The notes under the pieces were generated by a model, which saw only the letters and a list, made by a program, of their open reading frames with translations, was not told where the DNA came from and did not search any database. Positions 62,901 through 64,000 of a stretch of 64,000 nt of DNA are shown here, in pieces (positions within the stretch are counted from its first letter, which is position 1; every line of letters starts with the position of its first letter). The DNA comes from Octopus sinensis (Eukaryota). The stretch is taken from NCBI RefSeq assembly GCF_006345805.1, contig NW_021835967.1:1-64000 (forward strand), read 5' to 3'. Made by a program: the position numbers and the translations under genes.

Positions 62901-63733
62901 GCAATAGTAAATCTCCGAACGAGATATAAACAATAACTGCACGACAATGTGAGGTATACTTGCCATCTCAGTATGGCTAATCACTAAGGGTGGGTGTTGC
63001 TGTAGCTTGTAGCCCCAGGAGAACATCATCTCCAGATGGCTTTAGGCACACTTTCTGTGCCCTTATGGTATTTGCAAAGGGAGGTCATCCTTCCCTCGTC
63101 AACCTAAGTGGTACGCACGGACTGCAGTTTCTAGGTATTGACCCTTTCATCGAAAACCGGTGATTGTTGTACGCCGGCGACAGGTCAATACCTAGAAACT
63201 GCAGTCCGTGCGTATCACTTAGGTTGACGAGGGAGGGATGACCTTCCTTTGCAGATACCATAAGGGCACAGAAAGTGTGCCTAAAGCCAGCAGGAGACGA
63301 TGATCTCCTGGGGCTACAAGCTACAGTAACACCCACCCTTAGTAGTTAGCCATATTGAGATGGCTAGTATACCTTACGTTGTCGTGCAGTTACTGTTTAC
63401 ATCTCGTTCAGAGATTTATTATTGCTTGCATACAGCTTTTCGAGATCAGTGACGAAAAGTTACTGGAAAAATGATATAAGGATTTGCATTGGGTCTCCCT
63501 TCGTCGAAAACCGGTGATTGCCGTACGCCGACGACAGGTCAATACCTAGAAACTGCAGTCTGTGCATATCACTTAGGTTGACAAGGGAGGGATGACCTCC
63601 CTTTGCAAATACCATAAGGGCACAGAAAGTGTGCCTAAAGCCAGCAGGAGACGATGCTCTCCTGGGGCTACAAGCTACAGTAACACCCACCCTTAGTGGT
63701 TAGCCATATTGAGATGGCAAGTATACCTCACAA
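62901..63733. repeat. Large fold-back (243-bp arms, 39-nt loop) plus a third copy in direct orientation to the right arm
   Basis: 62901-63143 is the reverse complement of 63183-63425. 63499-63733 repeats the loop and right arm. Confidence 0.85.
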
Positions 63734-63839
63734 TCTTTATTTTGTTTACTGGTTAATCTAGCACTGGATACATACAGCTGTCTAGATATCTGGGACAGTA
63801 ACTTTGATACATCACCAAACATCTGAAGTACAAATAAAA

Positions 63840-64000
63840 TCTCTCTATATATAAACGGCAGTTTGTCTGTGTGTGTTTCTGTGTGTCTGTTAGGTTGTAC
63901 CCTCACCCTGACCACGGCTTTCAACCGATTCTGATGAAACTTGACACACACATAGCCCAATGTCATAATTCAAAACTAACGCAGCGAAAATTTTGAAAAG
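63840..64000 (+). mobile_element. Helitron/DINE-like 5' end running off the window
   Basis: a^TCTCTCTATATATAAACGGCAG(TGTG)...CCGATTCTGATGAAACTTGACAC (DINE-1-like core). It has the same 5' terminus as 15983. Confidence 0.65.

Overview
This is a eukaryotic, AT-rich and extremely repeat-dense 64 kb window. The SINE families and microsatellite load look like an octopod (Octopus) genome; that is recognised from memory, not searched. I found no complete protein-coding gene, rRNA, genuine tRNA or CRISPR array, and almost all long ORFs in the track are translations of microsatellites. The window holds four short interspersed families (A, B, C are tRNA-headed SINEs; D is an RTE-type 3' end with an (ATG)n tail), several RTE LINE ORF2 remnants (one with a PHD finger in the RT thumb region), a mariner transposase remnant, non-autonomous Helitron/DINE-like elements, piggyBac-like and Merlin-like MITEs, minisatellites and very long microsatellites. 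There is one credible coding exon (55762-55891, signal-peptide-like plus a cadherin-like NSPPVF motif). The most notable unannotated structure is (i) several Penelope-type minimal hammerhead ribozymes, three well formed, often inside fold-back inverted repeats; (ii) head-to-tail multimers of SINE, MITE and Helitron parts whose junctions and target-site duplications suggest multimeric or circular templates; and (iii) seven long fold-backs that are candidate dsRNA/ADAR substrates. Scattered 1-bp indels inside arrays may be long-read assembly errors.
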